Positions 58,769 through 64,000 of a DNA stretch of 64,000 nt are shown here, piece after piece. Location: positions 24,242,001 to 24,306,000 of the forward strand of contig OX597837.1 in assembly GCA_951406725.2 (NCBI GenBank), read 5' to 3'. Under the pieces are notes generated by a model that did no database searches, was not told the DNA's origin, and saw nothing but the letters and a program-made list of their open reading frames with translations. The first letter of the stretch is position 1. Each line of letters starts with the position of its first letter. This DNA comes from Octopus vulgaris (taxonomy: Eukaryota). The position numbers and the translations under genes are program-made.

Positions 58769-61700
58769 TGTTCAATTGGTCCTTATTTTATCAACCCTGA
58801 AAGAGATGAAAGGCAAGGTCGACATCATCATCATCATCATCATCGTTTAACATCCGCTTTCCATGCTAGCATGGGTTGGACAGTTCGACTGGGGTCTGGG
58901 AAGCCAGGAGGCTGCACCAGGCCCAGTCCGATCTGGCAGTGTTTTTACAGCTGGATGCCCTTCCTAACGCCAACCACTCCGTGAGTGTAGTGGCTGCTTT
59001 TTACGTGCCACCGGCACCATAGCAGAATTTGAACTCAGAACATAAAGATTGACAAAATGCCGCTAAGCGTTTTGCCCAGCATTTTAACAATTCTACAAGC
59101 TCATCACCTTGATAATAATAATGACAATCCATTCTACTGAAAGCACAATGCCTGAATTTTGGTGGGAGGGGCGAGTCGATTATATTAGTCTCAGTACTAA
59201 GGCAGCGAGCTGGCAGAAACATTAGCATGCTGGGCGAAATGCGTAGCCGTATTTCGTCTGCCGTTACGTTCTGGGTCCAAATTCCGCCGAGGTCGACTTT
59301 GCCTTTCATCCTTTTGGGGTCGATAAATTAAGTACCAGTTACGCACTGGGGTCGATATAATCGACTTTATCCCTTTGTTTGTCCTTGTTTGTCCCTTCTA
59401 TGTTTAGCCCCTTGTGGTTAATAAAGAAATATATATTAGTCTCAGTACTCAACTGGTACTTATTTCATCAACCCCAAAAGGATGACAGGTAAAGTCAACC
59501 TCGATGGAATTTGAACTCAGAACATACAGCCAGGTGAAATGCTGCTAAGCATTTTGCCTGGCATTTTAACAATTCTGCCAGTTTGCCACCTTGCTAGTGA
59601 TAATAATAATAACAGAGATCAAAAATACCGTTTTTGTTTTCTGTGTGTCTTTGGAATTCGTGAAGTTTTCCTGTGAAGAGATCTGCATGTGCTACTAACA
59701 GCAAAGCGACCAAGGAATCGTTGTCCTGTTTGTCCAGTCTTTGACACTGACATCTTAGGATGATTCAAGTAACAGACAATTACTTGTAATGGGAGAAGAA
59801 ATACATTTCTATTTCTGTCATTTTCATATCATTCCTGAAAAAAAATAGAATTAGGGTTTTAGCAAGAATTTCTGACAAAGGTATGAGGCTTAACCCTTTC
59901 ATTACCAACCCAGCTGAAACCGGCTCTGGCTCTGAGTATAAATGTCTTGTTTTCATAAGTTCTGAATTAAAATCTTCCACCAAACCTTAGTCACAATTTA
60001 TGTTCCTAACACTAGCTGAATAATAACTAAGTTATTTTACTAAATTCTTTGTTACATTTAAAATTAATTGAAAGAAACACAGAGTATCTCAACAGAAATA
60101 TGGTAACAAAAGTCTTAAAACAGATGTAAAAATGAATGATACATAAGTATGAAGACATAAGCTAGTTCTTCCTGTCTTAACCATTTTGATACCAACCCAC
60201 CTGAAACCACCTCTGGTTCTGTAGCACGTCTTGTTTTCAAAAGTTCTGAATTAAAATCTTCCATCAAACCTTAGTCACAATTTATGTTCTAACACTAGTT
60301 GAATGATAACTAAGTTATTTTACTGAATTCTTTGTTATATTTAAAGTAATTGAAAGAAACACAGAGCATCTCAAAATGAAAACAGTAATGAAATGGTTAA
60401 AGAGTAAAATTAATTTAATTGATTCTAGAATACAACTGACATTTATTGAAAGGTGTTGATCTCAATGGCATTTGAACTGAGGCTGTAAAATGATGAAACT
60501 AAATACTGTCAGGAATTTTACTTACCATTTTGCTGATTCTGTCATTCACCACCCTGAAATTAGATTTCAATAAGATTGTTATTAGAATGTATGTTTACAA
60601 TATATATTTCGATCAACATCAATGGAAATTGCAGCTGTGATACCAGTGCCGGTGGCATGTAAGAGAACCATCCAAACGTGGCCGTTGCCAGCGCCGCCCT
60701 TGACTGGCCTCGTGCCGGTGGCACATAAAAAGCACCATCCGATCGTGGTCGTTTGCCAGCCTCGTCTGACACCTGTTCTGGTGGCACGTAAAAAGCACCC
60801 ACTATACTCACGGAGTTGTTGGCGTTAGGAAGGGCATCCTGCCGTAGAAACATTGCCAGATCAGACTGGGCCTGGTGCAGCCTTCTGGCTTCCCAGACCC
60901 CAGTTGAACCGTCCAACCCATGCTAGCATGGAAAGCGGACACTAAACGATGATGATGATGTTTCAAATAGTTTGATCTCTGCTCATCAGCATCATCATCA
61001 AATGTTATCACCATGACTGGTGGCTTCAACAAATGATGTACTGCAGACCAACAAGCCATTTGCATTACAAAACTCCAGTAGCCTTGGTTCTTCCTCATTT
61101 CTGAAACCAAAGCCACAAACTCCCTGCACATCATAAAATCCATCAAGAGTGTTTAGCCAACATGACCATTGAAGTCCCCCAATCATGATGATAACACCAT
61201 TGTCTTTTGCTGTCAAGGTAGTCTGCAGAGGGGATTCATAGAAACAGGCTCTCTGAACATCTGCCAATCTGACATGTGGAGCAAATGCAGAGATAAATAC
61301 CACTGTTACATTAAACAAGATTATCCCGACTGGCCTCTGTGCCGGTGGCACGTAAAAAGCACCATCTGAATGTGGCCGATGCCAGAGCTGCCTTGACTGG
61401 CATCTGTGCCGGTGACACATAAAAAGCACCAACCGATCGTGGCCGTTTGCCAGCCTCGTCTGGCACTTGTGCTGGTGGCACGTAAAAAGCACCCACTACA
61501 CTCACGGAGTGGTTGGCGTTAGGAAGGGCATCCAGCTGTAGAAACACTGCCAGATCAGACTGGAGCCTGGTGCAGCCTTCTGGCTTCCCAGACCCCAGTT
61601 GAACCGTCCAACCCATGCTAGCATGGAAAGCGGACGCTAAATGATGATGATGATGATGATGATCCTTAGCTTAATAATCCTATCACACACTATCTGGCTA

Positions 61701-62994
61701 CCTCAATCACCTTAGTCACCCATTTCTCCACCAGAAGAATACCTACACCACCTACTTTACTTCTGCTGCCCATCCAGAATTTTGCGTGTGCTTTTCTGTC
61801 TCCTTGTATTTGAGATTATATGATAGTTGTAAACAAGCATCACTGTGGTACAAGTGGTGTCCTTCATTTCTAGTCTTCCATGAAATGGCAACAAATTCCA
61901 TCCAATTCATGTGAGCATGGAAATGTGGATGTTGAAACACTGCTGCTGCTGCAGATCTTCCATCATCACTGATCTCTATTCACCCATCAAATGGATAAAT
62001 ACACATCATAGTCACACCTAGTTTATGAGTAGTTACAGTACATCTACCCGGAGGCACAATGGCCCAGTGGTTAGGGCAGCGGGCTTGCAGTCGTAGGATC
62101 ACGGTTTCGATTCCCAGACCAGGCATTGTGAGTGTTTATTGAACGAAAACACCTAAAGCTCAGCGGGGCTCCGGCAGGGTGGCGGTGGTGAACCCTGCTG
62201 TACTCTTTCACCACAACTTTCTCTCACTCTTTCTTCCTGTTTCTGTTGTACCTGTATTTCAAAGGGCCAGCCTTGTCACGCTGAATCTTCCTGAGAACTA
62301 CATTAAGGGTACACGTGTCTGGAGTGCTCAGCCACTTGCAGGTCAATAAATGAGCTGCGACGTCACTGGTGCCAAGCTGTATCGGCTTTTGCCTTTCCCT
62401 TGGATAACATCAGTGGCGTGGAGAGGGGAGGCTGGTATGCATGGGCGACTGCTGGCCTTCCACAAACAACCTTGCCCAGACTTGTGCCTCAGGGGTGTAA
62501 CTTTCTAAGTGCAATCCCATAGTCATTCACGACCAAAGTGGGGTCACAACAATCACAGTACATCTACTATATTTGCTACACCCTGTTTCACTTCTATAAA
62601 GGAGCAAAACTTGTCTTAGATACAACTTATTAATATCTACAGAACATTTTCTACCATTATGATTCTTTGTTTCACCCCTACCTAAGAATAGTACATACCT
62701 TAGACTCACTGAACATATTTATTGGAAGTTACAGTACAACCTCTCTGACACTGTTTTCTCATCTTTCAGGCGATAGCCTCACAACTAAACAGTAGTACCT
62801 GGATCAATGTGGTACCTCCTCTGTCAATCAAGATATTTTTTTGATGACAAATACATGTGTAGTGGAATTACCCTGTGCCTTGGTCTCTGCATGCATGAGC
62901 TACATAAATACCATTATTGAGTTACTGTTGACAAGTTCCAACCGCACTGGATCTCTTGTCATAGTGCGAGACTTATCCCTCGCCGTGCTATACT

Positions 62995-63695
62995 CATCAT
63001 CATCATCATTGTTTAACAACCGTTTTCCATGCTAGCATGGGTTGGATGATTTGACTGAGGAATTGTGAACCAGATGGTTGCACCAGGCTCCAATATGATC
63101 TGGCAGAGTTTCTACAGTTAGATGCCCTTCTTAACGCCAAACACTCCGAGAGTGTAGTGGGTGCTTTTACGTACCGCCGGCACAAAGGCCAGTCAGGCGG
63201 TACTGGCAACGGCCATGCTCAAATGGTGTTTTTTATATGCCACCTGCACAGGAGCCAGTGCAGCAGCACTGGCAATGACCTCGCTCGAATGTTTTCTCAC
63301 GTGCCAGTAAGGTGACGCTGGTAACGATCACACTCGAATGGTGCTTTTTATGTGCCACTGGCACGGAAGCAAGTTAGCTGCTCTGGCAACGATCATGCTC
63401 GTATGGTACTCTTAGCGCTCCACTAGCACGGATGCCAGTCATCAAATCTGATTTTGATTTCACTTTCCTCAACAGATCTTCGCAAGCAGAGTTTGGTGTC
63501 CAATAAAGGAAAGGTACGCATAAGTGGGCTGGTTACACCCCTGGCATAGACCACGGGTTATGGTCTCACTTGGCTTGCTGGGTCTTCTCAAGCACAACAT
63601 ATTTCCAAAGGTCTCAGTCACTAGTCATTGCCTTGGTGAGGCCTAATGTTCAAAGGTTGTGCTTCACCACTTCATCCCAGGTCTTCCTGGGTCTA
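62995..63695 (-). mobile_element. RTE-clade LINE 3' end, long copy
   Basis: Minus strand encodes RPRKTWDEVVKH..., followed by the modular UTR and (GAT)n tail. Confidence 0.85.
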
Positions 63696-64000
63696 CTGAA
63701 TGATGTTATTAAAAGGAACTTTCATGTTGCTGGTTTTTCCATCACAACTGGAACCTGTGGGAAAGGTAGGCATCTTTTATCTTTTACTTGTTTCACTCAC
63801 GGGACTGCAGCCATGCTGGGGCACTGCCTTGAAGAAGTTTTAGTTGGACGAATCAAGCCCGGTACATTTTTTTTAAAGCCTGGTACTTATTCCATCATTT
63901 TCTCTTGCCGAACTGTAATGTTACAGGAACATAAACACACCAACACCAGTTGTCAATCAGTGGTAGGGCACAAACACAAGCATTAAGAGTCACATATATA

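Overview
AT-rich, repeat-dense animal genomic DNA, not prokaryotic. The SINE/LINE repertoire suggests a coleoid cephalopod, probably Octopus; this is inference from recalled repeat families. The window is dominated by one minus-strand gene, DNA polymerase theta (POLQ). I reconstructed 26 coding exons (55427 to 8241), all with GT-AG boundaries and consistent phases, giving 7104 nt and about 2367 aa. The protein has an SF2 helicase domain, a long low-complexity central domain encoded mostly by one 2405-nt exon, and a family A polymerase domain. The introns hold about 30 RTE-LINE 3' ends with a modular palindromic 3' UTR, several tRNA-derived SINE families, piggyBac-like (TTAA) and hAT-like MITEs, Helitron-like elements, Penelope-like remnants, and decayed 28S and 5S rRNA copies. 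The most notable non-coding signals are two complete type I hammerhead ribozyme motifs in POLQ sense orientation (introns 13 and 8), a 159-nt hairpin whose mismatches are almost all G.U on one strand, long inverted repeat pairs around exon 10, and a five-element nested insertion whose order can be partly read from target-site duplications. All coordinates were read by eye: exon ends were checked base by base, while repeat ends are approximate.
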